From: Neoechinorhynchus agilis
Lineage: Eukaryota; Animalia; Acanthocephala
Direction of reading: 5' to 3'
DNA: 64,000 nucleotides
Assembly: GCA_051530055.1 (NCBI GenBank)
Contig: CM121341.1
Span: 5,744,784-5,808,783, forward strand
Shown here: in pieces, positions 62,304 to 64,000 of the stretch
How the letters are laid out: every line of letters starts with the position of its first letter
How positions within the stretch are numbered: the first letter of the stretch is position 1
Notes under the pieces: model-generated
Databases searched by the model: none
The model's input: the letters and a program-made list of their open reading frames with translations, nothing else
What the model was told of the DNA's origin: nothing
Position numbers and translations under genes: made by a program

Positions 62304-62961
62304 TTATTTAATGTCGTTCAATTGATTAAAAGCTTCAATCACAATATCTTGAATGGCTTCAACGAGAGCGTTTATCTTCTCTTGTTCATTTAGTGATGGC
62401 ACATGAATGAACAAACAGCGATTCTGATCCATACACAAGGACTTGTAATATGTATATCCACATAGAAACAATCCGGGATCTTTAGAAGACTTAAAAACGA
62501 ACTCTGGTCTCTTCTCTTGTGCTATGCGGATTATTTTTTCGGTATCCAGTGTTGTTTCCATAGTCATATTAGTTTCGCATTTAGCACCCGATGGAGCCGT
62601 GCAATTTAGTGGTGCATATCCCGATTCATCAGGGTAGATTGAACAGTTGAACAAAGAGTCGTCTTTCTTTGTTCAACTGTTCGTTTTGGTAGGCTTTTCT
62701 TAGTGCGCATGATTCAACCAAAACTGATGAACTTCCTGCAACTCCCACATGAACAACCAGAGCAGGTTTGTGGGTTTCCCACAAACGTGGAACAACGTAA
62801 TCTACCGTCCTGTAGTTTACGTCCAGCTTAACAACTTCAATATCGATGTTCGAAGGCCATGGGAGCGTAGGCAACAGTTTCACTGCTTCCCAACTTGTGT
62901 TTTTGGTTATTGAATGAAAAGGACCGAACCCAGTTACTACGATTTTTGATTTAGAACTCAT
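62304..62961 (-). CDS. PGPEP1: Pyroglutamyl-peptidase I (peptidase C15), 2 coding segments
   Basis: IVVTGFGPF, NTSWEAVK, VVHVGV, catalytic E (VLVE), C (DPGLFLCGYTYYKSL) and H (FIHVP). The frame changes once, at 62633-62692. Confidence 0.95.
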
Positions 62962-63631
62962 ATTCCAACAACTACCAATGAAATTGATGACTTTGCCTTT
63001 TCGTTAGTCTTTGCTGAGTGATTGTGTAACACAACTGTAAGACTCACTATGCGAGAATGTTGAGAGATCTCTAGCGAAAGAACAGCTTCGGATTCCAATA
63101 AACTTCTGATTGGTCAGGATCGATGCTGTAGTCTGAATACCTCATAATTCTCCTACTGTTTGATATTCTTTTTCTTAGCAACAAAGCAATTCAAAGTTGA
63201 ATACAATGCCTGATGTTGAGAGACGTAAGATGCCAGAATAAATAATTAATTTTTGAATCCAAGGTTTTTTGATTAAGAAGAAGAAAGGATTCCAAATGAG
63301 GTGTAGTGATCTAAATCCATTTTTTAATACTAATAAAGACGGATAAATGACCGATGAACTTTCCTTTCACATTGACAATTCTTAAATCGTTTAGGTAAAC
63401 GTCGCTTAGACAAAGAACTAATTGCCCTCGTTAACGTTTTTAAAAACACAAAGTCCGATTTATGATGTATCTCAATCAACTAATTGCAAAATCAAAAGAT
63501 TTTAATCAATTTCTTGCAATATATCAACCTAATTTTTATGTTAATGTACCAGGTTCTTCGTCGATCATGAAAATAAAGGACCGTAAACAAGTTTTTTCGT
63601 TCGACAAATAAGAAATTGTAGAATTTAATAA

Positions 63632-64000
63632 TCAGTCATGTTTGCGTTTTACTTCTGTAAAGAACTCCTTGATCGAGCGCTGGCCGATTTCAACAGCTTT
63701 TCTTTTTCTTTGTATTTCCTTATTTGAACGCTTAGACGTATTAGCACTTTGAAATGCTTTGTGTTGTTTAACTTTGAGAGCCGTAGATTTCTTTATTAAA
63801 GGTCTGTTGGTTCTATTTGTCCAACTCAACACTCCCAGTTGCATCTTAGTGCTTTGTATAGAAGGACAAATCTCTTCGTCCTCTTGTGCAGCATCACTGC
63901 TTAATTTTACGATTATTGGCGATTTGTAGTACAATCGAGCCTTGGCGTTTGCGACCGGCGTCTTACTCGTAATCTGGCTTAAACAGGTTTCAACTGAGCA
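63632..64000 (-). CDS. 3' end of a gene running off the window; C-terminal PIP-box
   Basis: The frame is open to the window edge. The basic tail ends QRSIKEFF (Q-x-x-I-x-x-F-F). Confidence 0.55.
   Translation of the reverse strand, partial: CSVETCLSQITSKTPVANAKARLYYKSPIIVKLSSDAAQEDEEICPSIQSTKMQLGVLSWTNRTNRPLIKKSTALKVKQHKAFQSANTSKRSNKEIQRKRKAVEIGQRSIKEFFTEVKRKHD

Overview
AT-rich, gene-dense window of an invertebrate animal genome. This is inferred from two innexins, Piezo, a peptide-amidating PHM, the motile-cilium protein DRC5/TCTE1 and REC114; I cannot name the species. Most spliceosomal introns are 40-60 nt. Recognisable genes are PHM, frataxin, a DnaJ protein, REC114, a short Piezo, two tandem SLC46-like MFS transporters, PIG-Q, TMEM223, two tandem innexins, TCTE1, pyroglutamyl peptidase I, two Cys-rich membrane proteins and several orphans. 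Five unrelated tandem arrays (units 161, 92, 166, 103 and 371 bp) cover about 9 kb. There are also many foldback/MITE-like hairpins and a decayed LINE RT. The most striking signal concerns three conserved genes with no other intron found: PHM, PIG-Q and pyroglutamyl peptidase. Each is frameshifted by a single 49-55 nt segment built as direct repeat + hairpin + direct repeat, and removing one repeat plus the hairpin restores the protein. In the peptidase no GT-AG intron can do this, which suggests a non-canonical intron or excision class. A tRNA-headed element with a hammerhead-like core sits at about 50.1-50.3 kb. All exon models were made by eye, and single-base assembly errors cannot be excluded without reads.
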